From Eledone cirrhosa (taxonomy: Eukaryota), in assembly GCA_964016885.1 (NCBI GenBank), contig OZ024751.1, positions 50,096,001 through 50,160,000 on the forward strand: a DNA stretch of 64,000 nt. Reading direction: 5' to 3'. The position numbers and the translations under genes were made by a program. Below are positions 39,561-53,150 of this stretch, piece after piece. Below the pieces are notes generated by a model, which worked only from the letters and a program-made list of their open reading frames with translations, did no database searches and was not told the DNA's origin. Positions within the stretch are counted from its first letter, which is position 1. The number at the start of each line of letters is the position of its first letter.

Positions 39561-39808
39561 TATTACACTCTGTCTAGCTCTACACCTCGATACTGACGTG
39601 AGCCTAAACATCGAGTGCTCACCCGGGTGAACCTACAGTAACTCCGCATTACACTCCCCCTCTCTCTCTCTATATATATATATATATATGTGTGTGTATG
39701 GGGTGTGTATTATAAAATTGGGAGCCGACGGCTGAGCTCTTATATATATATATATATATTAGTAATTAGAAGATAGAAAGATAGAAATTTAAGGGAGGAA
39801 GAAAGAAT

Positions 39809-39892
<84 letters not shown>

Positions 39893-40832
39893 GCGCACAC
39901 ACACACACACACACACATATATACACACACACATACATACAAACACGGGGAATTTTCTGGTACTTAATTTATCAACTACGAAAAGATGAAATACACATTT
40001 TATTTCAACTGAATTAAAACTGAGACCGGATACAACTGAAACGAATAAGGACAAATCATTCCTATTAGACTTGTTAAAGACTTCGCAACCTCACCCACCT
40101 TTAACAAGAGTGTAGTTAATATTATAGACTGAAAATATAAATTTAAACACACTAATTAAATACGAAAACAATCAAATGCATATACGAGTAGAAAATCTAA
40201 ATATAAACTTGTGATAAATAAATTTACAGAAAACTTTGAAGTTCTGTCTAGAAACAATATGGTGAATGAATTTCAGCGATTAGACTTTATATTTCATTTT
40301 CGTAATTTTTTCACTCTTTCTTTCTTTTTTTCCTTCTTTCTTTCTTTATTTGTTTATTTGTTTGTTTATTTATTTGTTTGTTTATTTATTTATTTAGTTA
40401 CATTACTGTCAGTAAAATACAGATTATTTGCTGTTGTATAGGTTACAGTATGTGGTATCTGTATTATAATGAAAATAATTAAAAAAATATTTAGAAAACT
40501 GAAACTAATACAACACAACACAATGAAAACACCAGCAATGATAGCAGCAACGACAACAACAACAACAGCAACGACAACAACAACGACAACAGCAATAACA
40601 ACAACAACAATAACAACGAAAACAGAATATTGACTATAAATCCCATAATATAACTAAAAGTACAATACACATTTAATCAATAGGAAACTAAATAAATAAG
40701 GAAATTTAGAATTCATTTCATGAAAAAAAAGACTTTCAGGTGTAAAATGTATCGGATTTTAACAGTTTTCAAGATTTTTAGACACTTTTAACTGAATTTT
40801 AGGTTGTGCGAAGAAATATATATATAATTTGA

Positions 40833-40938
40833 TAATAATTGTTTTTACTTTAGGCACAAGGCCAGCAATTACCCAGTACATTACTGGTACTTTATTTTAT
40901 CGACCCCGTAAGGATGAAAGGCAAAGTTAACCTCGGCG
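40833..40938 (-). mobile_element. SINE family 1, partial
   Basis: 3' half only. Confidence 0.8.
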
Positions 40939-41042
40939 ATGAAAATTATCGTGTACAGTGCGCAGATGTACTACAACATATGTGTATATATATATATGTG
41001 TGTGTGTCTGAGTGTGTGTGGGTCTGTGTGCGCGCGTGTGTG

Positions 41043-41073
<31 letters not shown>

Positions 41074-41246
41074 GTAAACGGAATAGAAAATGCTGACAAA
41101 TTGTTCACAGTTGAAAGATGGTTTAATTAGGAATAAAAGAGTATTAGTAATTGTATGGGTTAGTATTCAGTTGTGGTTTTAAGTTTTTAAGTTTTTACCG
41201 GTTGCACATTTCTAAATGCTTTTCAAAAATAATTTTGAGATAGAGT

Positions 41247-41286
41247 GTCCGTGCTGTTTGCTCTGATCAGAGCAAACAGCACGGAC
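41247..41286. repeat. Perfect 40-bp palindrome
   Basis: GTCCGTGCTGTTTGCTCTGATCAGAGCAAACAGCACGGAC. Confidence 0.9.
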
Positions 41287-41306
41287 TAAACAAATTCAGA
41301 AACGAA

Positions 41307-41354
<48 letters not shown>

Positions 41355-41430
41355 TAAATTAGGTGCCTGGCAAATCTCTGAAGAAATCACAGGAAGAGTT
41401 GCTTTTTCTTCCTTTCTGTCTAGCCTTCAT

Positions 41431-41476
<46 letters not shown>

Positions 41477-41667
41477 TCTCTCTCTCTCTCTTTCTTTCTT
41501 CCCCCTCTCTTTATCACACTCTATGTTCTGGTCTCTTACCAGTTGTATGTAAAGGCCATGCTGGAGCACTCTAATCAAAGCTTTTACTTATTAGATTCCG
41601 TATCTCTCGAAGATTTAGTCTGGTCACTATATATATAGTATATATATATATATATATATATATATAC

Positions 41668-41733
<66 letters not shown>

Positions 41734-42510
41734 AGTTCTGCCGTCGGGTCCTGACTCTTTTCCTATTTTCCTATATATATATATATATACTAGCACACTA
41801 TTTCTTCAACGAAGTTACTCAACCGTGCGTGTCTTAACTCTTGACTTCCTATAATAATATAGTAGAAAATATTATGAAATAGGATCTGTTAATTCAAATG
41901 TTTATAGTATCTTTACTAGGGCAAAAATAGAGGTGAATATTTCTAATATTACAGAATTACTTTGAATTTTAATGTAATGCAGCTATGAGGGGACGTTTTA
42001 TAATTTTCCAGAATATCTTATTAATGCGACTTCATGTGATACAGGTCGTGAAGAGTTAAAGCAAAGTTCTATAACCATCTACACATGACTGCGTCGACTA
42101 ATTTCTGTACGTTTAGCTTCAGAGATATTTCTACTGAGCATCAATCAAAATGTTCTCACCAGTTGTGGGTGTTTAAAGAATGCTATTAGTACTTTCCATC
42201 TCACTAAGCTTGAATCCGAAAAGGAAATGAAGCAACTATGACACAACCAAAGCAAGACTTTCGAAAGTGAAACCCTACTTCGCTAAAAACACTTTACAAC
42301 CAGATGGTCGTTTTAACCCTTTCAATGTTGATTTTTTTTTATGAGAGTTTGTTGTTACTTAATAGTTAATTTTGATGAAACCATACTAATGATGTGTGTT
42401 GTAATGTACATTAAGCTGAAAATATGTATATGGGAGAATTTTAATGTCATGCTACCGGAATGAACAACTTTATTCAAGTAGTATCATTATTGCTCAATCT
42501 GATTACTAAG

Positions 42511-42642
<132 letters not shown>

Positions 42643-42921
42643 TATATATATATATTCATATATATATATTCATATATATATATATATATTCATATATATA
42701 TATATTCATGTATATATATATATTCATATATATATATATTCATATATATATATATTCATATATATATTCATATATATATATATTCATATATATATATATA
42801 TTCATATATATATATTCATATATATATATATTCATATATATATATATTCATATATATATATTCATATATATATATGTTCATATATATATATATTCATATA
42901 TATATATTCATATATATATAT

Positions 42922-43521
42922 ATATCTTTAAGTCGTTTGGAAGCCTCGACAATGCAAATGGGTAAATCTCCGGGTAACAAGATCCGGTGGTGGAGAGAGA
43001 GATGTAAGTGGGTGTACGTTGAGATGCGTGGTGTGTGTAAGATGTGTTGAAGAATGAAGGGAAGAGTATAAAGGATAAAATAAAATAACAACACGAGAGA
43101 GATTTAATAGTCCCTATATATTTCGGATTCACATCCATCAACTGGGGGTTTTTCCGGGGTGGGGGAAAGGTTGTCTGTCGGACAAGTGCGAAACGCGTCC
43201 TCCGCTGTTTGTTGTTTTGAATATCTGAGGTATTCGGCAGAGCGCGCGTGCGCGTGAAATGGGGTCGGTCGGGCAGAGGTCAGCGGCCGAATGAGGGAGT
43301 GGAAATATATAGGGACTATTAAATCTCTCCCAAGGTAACTCTCTCTTGTGTTGTTATTTTTATTTTATCCTTTATACTCTTCCCTTCATTCTTCTACACA
43401 TCTTACACACACCATGCATCTCAACGTACACCCACTTACATCTCTCTCTCCACCACCGGATCTTGTTACCCGGAGATTTACCCATTTGCATTGTCGAGGC
43501 TTCCAAACGACTTAAAGATAT
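42922..43521. mobile_element. (TA)n-embedded element with ~200-bp inverted arms starting at a hammerhead 3' half
   Basis: Arms ~42922-43124 and ~43302-43521 both begin GAAATATATAGGGACT; the spacer contains GCGAAACGCGTC. Confidence 0.8.
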
Positions 43522-43560
43522 TTACTTATTATTCCACAATGCTTCAAGCAAACTTCAATA

Positions 43561-43661
<101 letters not shown>

Positions 43662-44484
43662 TATTTTCCGTTGTGTTGTAATATAAATATTACACACAGT
43701 AGATTATCAGCTCACGTAGAGTTTGCTCGACGGTTCCAGTTGTAGTTCCAAAATTAATCCGGAGAAAAATAGAAAGATTTGAATGGATACAGTTTAGTTG
43801 AAAGGAATTTATTGACACGTGTTTCTATAACAGTTACATAACCTAAAACAGCTGCTATCTACAAACTTTTAGTTATGCAGACATTCAATATTTCAATGTT
43901 ATTATTTACTGTCATTTCATCAGAATAATATTACTGAGGACCTATTTAGTTTTTATAGAGAATATTAGGAGGGAGGGGTGAAGTTGTTAGAAGAATAGTT
44001 GAAGGAGTGGTTTTTCGATAGCAGTGAGAATTCTTGGTGGCAGTGAGTAATTAGATTCCCATCTGTTGTTTTGACATTTTTTATAGAATATATTATTGGT
44101 TATTTTTCTAAATCTATAGAAGGATTAGAGATAGTAAAGATATGCGTGGTTGGTTTTGTGTTTGCACTTAATTAACATTCAGACTTAAATTTTTCTTTCA
44201 AGTGTACGTATCCTTTCACCCACGCATTCACACACAAATATATTTGCACACCTCTACAAAATACATATACTCACAATTCACATATTCATACTTACATATA
44301 TATACACATGCATACACATATATATACACACATGTATTCATGTACATACATACGCGCTCATGTGTATACATTTTCATACTCAACTTATCTTTATATACAC
44401 ACGTATAGACACACACATACATACATACATACTCTAGTCCATGTGTACACACATACACATACATACACATCCATATACACATAT

Positions 44485-44545
<61 letters not shown>

Positions 44546-44779
44546 CACTTTAATACATGAATACACTTACATCTAACTATACACATCAAACATATATATA
44601 TATTTACTTATTTATATACATTTTCACATATATATACATACTTATGGACGTTTTTTGACACATTCATTATCGCATATTTGCACCTATTCTCATCAGCATA
44701 TCTTTCCATTATTAGTGTGGTAATTTAAGGTTATTAATATATGTTGAGAAGAGATTGTTTTTATATTTTTCTAACTAGA

Positions 44780-45535
44780 TTAAGGTTTATATAGTTGGGG
44801 GATGTCCCTCTTTTTTGTAATATTCGGCTTGTAGTGGGAAAAAAGGGTTTTAGTTCTGTGACGGCAGAATAATGTTCGTTCAATTCTGTTATTCAGCAGT
44901 TTCTTCTTGTGTGTGATTATGTAATAAATCTCAAGATTACACAATTTGCAGAAATTTTGGCTCCTGGAAAAGCTTTGGGTTTTAGCTAATTTTTCCCATT
45001 TTAGGGTAAACTTTTGATCGCTATCCCTGAGCGTCCAAGCTTTTTCTGCTAAAGTTGTTACATTTCTTTGGCTCTGGTGTTTTATTGAGTAAGAATGCCT
45101 ATACAATCGAGATTTAAACGATGTTGCCGTTGATCCCACGTAATACCACTCGTTGCCTCCGGATTTAATGGTACACTTATAAATAATATTTTTTTCCAGG
45201 CAGTTATTGCCGAGGGGGCAGTTGTCAGGATAGGTGCAGTTACAGTTGTGTACGTTGGGTTTTCTCTGGAGTAGTATTGCGGACAAACTTAGGTGTGGTT
45301 TATTTATGTTCTGTAGTGTATTGTCTACTGTTTTTTTTGTGTTCTTTGTACTTAAGTTCTTAGTGTTTTCGTTTAACCTTCTAGTATTGATCTTTTTTAT
45401 GTGTTGTTCAAGGTTTAACGCTGTAGAGTATGACAGTATTATAGTGGTAGGGTTTAGGATTTTGTGGTATTTGTGTGATGTTATAGAAACACGTGTCAAT
45501 AAATTCCTTTCAACTAACTGTATCCATTCAAATCT

Positions 45536-45539
<4 letters not shown>
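44780..45539 (-). pseudogene. Penelope-like element C-terminal GIY-YIG endonuclease fragment
   Basis: CNC..CPL..NC linker, NIIY...YYVGST, FKSRLYRH, CKLCNLE, LLNNR..CRH. The 5' ~60 bp is repeated in inverted orientation at ~43770-43830. Confidence 0.88.
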
Positions 45540-45619
<80 letters not shown>

Positions 45620-45623
<4 letters not shown>

Positions 45624-46481
45624 TTTGTGTTGTGTTCGGTTTGGGGTGTTGATGTTGGGGTTTTGGTGTTGGTGATAACACCTTGTTTGTCCTCCCTTTG
45701 TTTAAGAGAGGGCAAAAGGTGTGGTTTTCCCACACGTAAGGCACTGAGGTCTTTTCCCCTCCACTAAAATGGAGATGACATCTTCCTCAAGGACGATCCT
45801 GTCCGGGATTTTCTCAACTCTCTCTGGCCTCATTTCTACCAGAACCTCGATGCAGGTTCCAAACCAGTTATTCCGGTCTGTCCTGTCTACAGATAGGAGG
45901 GTGTCCTCATCCTTCTTCAGGATGCAGCGTAGGATCCACCATATGTTGACCTCTGCTGGGATCCTGGTTATTTTTATTTTGTATGATCTTCTTCCCATGT
46001 ATGTGGGGAAGAAGATGTGTTGATCCGTTTTTATTGGGTGAACCGAGTGTTTTTGAGCCAGAGTTTCGCTCTTAAAGAGCACTGACAGACTTCCACACTG
46101 TTTACCTCTTTGGAGGTATGCCACGTCTGGTTTGATATCTTTTAGTGCAGCTTCAATAGAGCTTGTTGGGAGCGTTATGGGTTTTTTGGTAATGATGTCA
46201 ACTGTTCTATAGATTAGTTTCTTTTTCTGTGTCATCTCTCTTACTTGTGGGGGTATGTGTATGTGTGGGGTGTCTCCCTCAAACGTCACACAGTAGGAAG
46301 CTTCTTCCAAATATTGGGACTTTTGGGAAATGTCCATGGGGGTAATATTTAAAATCCTGTTGCTTAGCAATAGTTGCTGCAAATGAAATTTTGTTATTGT
46401 TGTTGTTGGTGATGATGATGGTCTCATTCATTGTGTTGCCGCTGATTCCTTTTGTTGTATTGTTGTTGTTGTCATTTATTG

Positions 46482-46512
<31 letters not shown>

Positions 46513-46985
46513 GCTTGTTGCTTGTGGTGGTGTTAGTATTTGCTACACATTCTTCCTTCTGTGTGTGGAATCATGTGACGTTTGTGACGTCAGGCGTGTT
46601 CAGTTGCTTACAAGTAACTGAAGTTTGTTCCTCTTCTAAATGTTAGGGCGATAATGTTGGCACCTCTTTGTCCATGTTTGCTACTATCTTCTGGTCAAGT
46701 AGGCATGGCTTTCCCTTCCCATATTCTTGTATTGACAAAGAAGTAGGTGCCTTTGCTTCGGCCATTTTTTTTAAATTGAACTGTTTTGCAAAAATATTTT
46801 CGAAAATATGTTGGATGTTTTTGCCCTGAGGGGCACGATATTTTGGGAGACTGACCAGATCAAAATTTTACCTGTCAGTCCCTCTACAAATTGGTATAAA
46901 ACTAAAAGTTCACAATGACGAATTTCTAAAGAAATTTAAACAAAACTTACCAAGCAAGTTTAACACATGTGTCCATCCCAAAGAT

Positions 46986-46986
<1 letters not shown>
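45620..46986 (-). mobile_element. Decayed 5' part (5'UTR plus ORF1) of a second Tx1-like family abutting (GATA)n
   Basis: FFPTYMGRR..., PERVEKIPDRIVLEE..VEGKRPQC align with ORF1 at 21162-23039. Stops and frameshifts are present, including one in the knuckle. (GATA)n at ~46987-47064. Confidence 0.88.
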
Positions 46987-47065
<79 letters not shown>

Positions 47066-47577
47066 CACATTTGTTTAAAACTTAGTATAACCTCGGAGAA
47101 TTTTATCCCTGGAATTTCTACATTGCTCAATATGATAATCGATATTAATATTGCTACATTATGATAAATATTGGAAAGCAAGTTCCATGGAATGCAAACA
47201 TTAGTGTGGGGATCTATATGTCCCTACAGTATTGAAAGGGTTAAACCGAGCGATGGATTTATTGTAAAACCCAAGCTAACGTAAAAATACGATAATTGGA
47301 AATATGAAAGAGCTTTTACCGAAGCAAGCAGACGTGACGTATTATTCCTATGATTAGATTATAACAAATACGACAGTGTAAAACTATGAAGCCCACCATC
47401 ATAATAAAGTACTCATAATAAATGGCGTTAACTGAATCGTTTTTTATAAGAATGTTGCATATTACAATCTTGTTTTGATTCAGCTAGAAATGTTGTCAAT
47501 GCTTGATTAAATGTTGTCTGAATAGAAACAATTTTCAAACTCTCCGTATGATACACGTATTCATAACACACAACACG

Positions 47578-47616
<39 letters not shown>

Positions 47617-47621
47617 GATGT

Positions 47622-47720
<99 letters not shown>

Positions 47721-47734
47721 CCTCTGTCCCTCCG

Positions 47735-47811
<77 letters not shown>

Positions 47812-48643
47812 GAAATCTAGCACTAAGTGGTTGTCATATGACACTTGCATTTTATTTAAACAATATGTACATGTGTATATGAATTTTTATGAATGTATGA
47901 GTGTATTTATAAGTACACATATTTCATTTCCAGATACACTCTCAAAGTATAGTATCTTCCTGTGTGTCGGTTATGTATTTCAGGTTAAAAAAAAACACAT
48001 AAAAACTTCAGAACTAAAATTGAATAAAATACAACTGTATACATAGAAATTAAAGGGCTACTTCAAATATAAGATTGACCATCATATAACCCTACGAAAA
48101 TACGTAATTAATCTTATATGACGCTTCACACCATTTGAAGTAGCAAAATATCAAATAGGTGAGTTTAATTAATTAATTAGGAAGACATCCATACACATGA
48201 TAAACATGAAAAATGACAGGACGTAAAAAAAATGTTAAATTTATACATAGAACAGACTCTTCATTAATTTGTAATGCTTTTGAAGATTCAAACATTATTT
48301 TGGTTTCTATTGAAACAATCAAAATTCTTCAAGTACCAAGAATTTTTATGTTTCTATAATAATGAATTTGTATGTATGTTAAACATTTCTATATTTAGAG
48401 TTCCGTAAATAATGTGAAGTGCAATAATAATTTCTACTTTAAGCACAAAGCCAGTAATTAGTTGAGAGTGGGGGAAAATTAATTTTACTGGTATTTTATT
48501 TTATCGCTACCACCACCCTCCCCGGGAGGATTAAAACGAACGCTGAACTCAGTCGGTTTTGCCCTCTAAATGTAAAGAGTCTTAAACAAATAACGCAAAA
48601 CATTTTACCTGAAACTCCAATTATTCTATCAATTATAATACCA

Positions 48644-49021
48644 ATAATTGTTTCTACTTTTGGCACAAGGTCATTACTGGCACAAGGTCATTACTGGTAC
48701 TTTATTTTATTGATCCCGTAAGGATGAAAGGCAAAGTTAACCTCGGCGGGATTTGAACTCAGAATGGAAGGGCAGTAACTCTATGCGTCAAAGCATGGTG
48801 TCCGACCCTCTACCGATACTGCCAATCCACAATGATTTCTGATATAGGTACAAGGCCAACATTTTGGTGCATTACTGGTACTTTATTTTATCGACCTCGT
48901 AAGGATGAAAGGCAAAGCTAACTTAACATCGGCTGGATTTGAACTCAGAACGTAAAGAGTCGTAACTCAATGCCGCGAAGCCTGTTGTCCGACGATCTAC
49001 TGATTCTTCCAATCCACCGTC
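48644..49021 (-). mobile_element. Two tandem SINE family 1 copies (a degenerate third at ~48425-48630)
   Basis: Consensus match. Confidence 0.85.
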
Positions 49022-49676
49022 TTATTATAATACAAATGATAATTGTGTGTGAGCTAGAGAGGGAGGGGCAGAGAGAGAGAGAGGAGGGGGGACAGAGAGA
49101 GAGAGAGATTGTGTGTTAGCAGTTAGCATGTGTATGTATATATGTGTATCTGTCAAAGTAGCAATTGTATACTTCAATCCTTTTTAAATCATCTCACCAA
49201 TAAGGAGCTACTCAGACGTATGTCAATATATATTTAGGTAACCAAATATTTATATTGTCAACAGAAACCCTTCACTATGTTAAGATCTTGTTTTATTTTT
49301 CCTGAAGAACTTATTTTTCCTTTGACAAATATCTACATTTTCGGTATCCTGTTGATTCTCATTTCGGTGTCCGGAAATTTGAATAGCGATGTAAACGGCA
49401 GAATTCTGTTTACTCTGATGCCACTTTCAGTCAGGCTGGAGCACCGCCATAGAGGGATTTAGTCGATCGTAGCAAGCGCAGTCTTTAATTTCTTTTTAAA
49501 AACCTGGGTTTCGTTTTCTCGATCTCTGTGTGTCGAACGGTTATGCAGAGCAATATAAACAAGCAGTAAACGAAAATATAGACACAAATACATACATACA
49601 CTCACACACACATATGGCAGGCACAGACACACAGACACATATATTATGTATATATATATATATTTATATATATATA

Positions 49677-50102
49677 TATAACCATTTCCAAGAAAATAAG
49701 ATTTCATCTGAATGAAACAGTACTAGTCCTGTAGAAGCTGCTTCTATACAATAAATATATTTTACTCTGCCATGTATTGAGTACCTTACTTACTGTGGTT
49801 ATCCCCGACTCAACCCGGGACCTACGTATCCAAGCACACCCTAGTGCCCTTATAACCATCTCCAAGAAAATAAGATTTCATCTGAATGAAACAGTATTAG
49901 TCCTGTAGAAGCTTCTTCTATACAATAAATATATTTTACTCTGCCATGTATTGAGTACCTTACTTACTGTGGTTATCCCCGACTCAACCCGGGACCTACG
50001 TATCCAAGCACACCCTAGTGCCCTTATAACCATCTCCAAGAAAATAAGATTTCATCTGAATGAAACAGTATTAGTCCTGTAGAAGCTTCTTCTATACAAT
50101 AA

Positions 50103-50105
<3 letters not shown>
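49677..50105. repeat. ~2.4 tandem copies of a 174-bp unit within (TA)n
   Basis: Units start at 49677, 49851 and 50025 and are nearly identical. Confidence 0.95.
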
Positions 50106-50140
<35 letters not shown>

Positions 50141-50239
50141 ATTTATATATATATATATATATATATAAATGAAAGGTATAGAAAACATTGTAGCGATAAG
50201 CCAACAGTATTCCATAATATATATATATATATATTCCTG

Positions 50240-50440
50240 GGCTGCGTGTTGTGTTCTTGAGCAAAACACTTCATTTCACGTTGCTCCAGTATACTCAGCT
50301 GGAAATGAGTACCAGCAATAGCTGGAGGTTTAACCCTGCGATAGACTGGCGTCCTGTCCAGGGGGGGAGTCTTGTACTCTCAGTCGCTTCACGTCATGAA
50401 ACCGGGATAAGCACCGGCCAAATGAACCTTCTGGCTTAAG
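50240..50440 (+). mobile_element. SINE with CORE-like domain, head missing
   Basis: GTGTTCTTGAGCAAAACACTTCATTTCACGTTGCTCCAG...AACCCTGCGATAGACTGGCGTCCTGTCCAGGG. Confidence 0.7.
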
Positions 50441-50660
50441 ACAGACTTTAGACTTTTATGTATATATGTATATATATATATAATTCCGGTTGAAAAGTAT
50501 GGGTTCAATTCTTTGTAGCGGTTGATGGCTACTTTTTTTCCGTCTATAGGAATATTTTCCTCGATACTTGTATGTATGAATATGTGTATTTGTATATATA
50601 TATATACATGTGTGTGTGTTTCAATGTATCTATTATATATGGATGTATATATCAATGTAT

Positions 50661-51209
50661 TTGGGAGCAAAGATTGGGAATACGGAAGATGATGTGGTTG
50701 AGAGGAAGAGCAAGGCCTGGGCGGCGTGTCACAGCTTGAGATCGGTGTGGAAGTCGGACCTTCGTAGAGACCTGAAAATCCGCCTCTTCATTGCTGTAGT
50801 GGAGTCTGTGCTGCTATATGGGTCTGAGACTTGGACACTGACCAAGAAACTCACTCAGATGGTGGATGGGTGCTACACGAGAATGCTGAGGATGGCTCTA
50901 AACATTAATCAGTATACACTGAGGATGAAAAACTCAGAGCTGTATGGGAGCATCCCAAAGGTCAGCTCAAAAGTGACACAGAGGAGACTGAGGTTGGCTG
51001 GACATGCTCACCGACATCCAGAGTTGACATTGCACTCAGTGCTCCTTTGGGAGCCCCTACATGGACACACTAGAAGAGGAAGACCAAGGTTAACATATGT
51101 TGATGCCCTAAGGTCTGTTGGAGATGCAGGATATGGCAGCGATAATGAGGGACAGAGACCGCTGGAGAGAACTCGTCCATGGATCTCGGGAATTTTACCC
51201 GCCTTAGAG
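50661..51209 (+). mobile_element. 5'-truncated RTE-clade LINE with 12-bp TSD
   Basis: VESVLLYGSETWTLT, RRLRLAGH, RRGRPRLTY; TSD ATATCAATGTAT at 50649-50660 and 51210-51221. Confidence 0.9.
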
Positions 51210-51322
51210 ATATCAATGTATATATGTCTGTATGTAAGTATTTATGTATTTATGTATGTATGTATGTATGCAGGTATGTATGAATGTATATGTATATATA
51301 TTTATACACATAGAGAGAGAGC

Positions 51323-51392
<70 letters not shown>

Positions 51393-52138
51393 GGGGAGTG
51401 AGGCAAAGATCTGAAAGGTCATTTAAATCAATCACCGCAGTAATTTAAACTATGAGCTCTTAGTGTACATCTGAGTTCAATTACCTTCTAATGGTCGGCT
51501 CGATAATAGAATATATGAAATAAGAAACAAATAAATCCCAGTAATTTCTTCTAAACAAATACTCAACTCATCAGTATAGTAATTGCGAACATTTTGATGA
51601 TGGAACGCCTGAAATACAATATACACACCACTACCAGTTTCAAACGGGAAACGATATATTTACGAAATAAGATATTCTTAAGATTCTCTCTGAGAACCTC
51701 AGCTGTCTTTATCTATCAAATCACTGTAATGTCTTGAAACAAAAGTTTCGAGAAATGAATATTCAATTCTATTCAAAGTTGTCACATCGATGTCATTAGT
51801 CACCCTAGCATATAAGCAGATGATTTACAAATTTCTAAATTGTTAATAAGATTTACACACACCTCGATTAAAATACATACACGTACAAACATACACAGAT
51901 GTAAATACATACATACATACATACATATACCTCAGTCAAAAACACATACACAAACACAAGCAGATGTAGATACATATATACACACACCTCAATCAACCTA
52001 TACACACACACATTTATATATATGTGTGTGTAGTGTATGTAGGTATATATATATATATATATATTTGTGTGTGTATATTATCTGTAGGGTATGAAAACGT
52101 AGGTCACTCAAAGGATATATATATATATATACATATAT

Positions 52139-52212
<74 letters not shown>

Positions 52213-52773
52213 TTCTGTACTTTAGCGTGTGTACGTATATGTATATATCTGTGTGTGCCTGTGTATATGTAAAAGATCCCATATCTCCTGGTGGAGTCAT
52301 AAAGGCGTGTCTAGGGCACGTTTAAACCCGGTGGAGCCCAACCATCTCCAGGTTTGAACATAGCCTCTATAGAGAAAGAATCAACCCCAACTGATACTTT
52401 TTTTATCGACCCCGAAAGGATGAAAGGCAAAGTTGACCACGGAGGGATTTGAACTCAGAGAGCAGAGCTGAATACCGTAAAGCATTCTATCCGACGTCGT
52501 AACGACTCGCTGCCTCTGTGTGGGTATACTTGACTAAACTTATTTGGTAGTCTCATTCTTTAAATTACGGTTTAGCTTGGATCTTACATTACTCTATTAT
52601 TCTCTGACTGACTTCAGTTATTGGATTGTGGTTATACCAGAGAACAGGCTACAAAAGTATAATCTATAAGATCGACCTACGTATTTACTCTGGCAATCAT
52701 TTTATCGATCGCTATTAGCTTATTCACATAACATTCGAATACCAACTAGCTTTCATGTCTCTCTCTCTCTCTA

Positions 52774-52810
<37 letters not shown>

Positions 52811-52821
52811 GCCTATCTCTC

Positions 52822-52905
<84 letters not shown>

Positions 52906-52907
52906 TA

Positions 52908-52983
<76 letters not shown>

Positions 52984-53057
52984 AATAAACGAGCTGTGTA
53001 GTTGCTGGATAAGGAGTACTTATAAAAGGAGGAAAGCAAGAACGGGAGAAAATGTTC

Positions 53058-53150
53058 CTTCATCAGTTGTCTGCTGGGGGTCCTGGACATTTCAACGCAT
53101 TAAAGACAATATGTCTCACCCCAGGGCGTCAGTAACTCAAGGAAGTTATT
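53058..53150 (-). ncRNA. Rearranged (non-circularly permuted) hammerhead ribozyme candidate, copy A
   Basis: GACAT-A-TTGTC-TTTAAT-GCG-TT-GAA-ATGTC...GACAA-CTGATGA-AG; core intact. Confidence 0.75.

Noticed and set aside
44780-45733. 317-aa ORF as a single fusion protein
   Set aside because: Chance read-through of an out-of-frame Tx1 ORF1 remnant, a (CT)n/(TA)n tract and the GIY-YIG fragment.
53058-53150. Twister or pistol ribozyme interpretation of the double-pseudoknot motif
   Set aside because: Helix order and conserved nucleotides do not fit; CTGATGA, GAAA and UH fall exactly at hammerhead junction positions.
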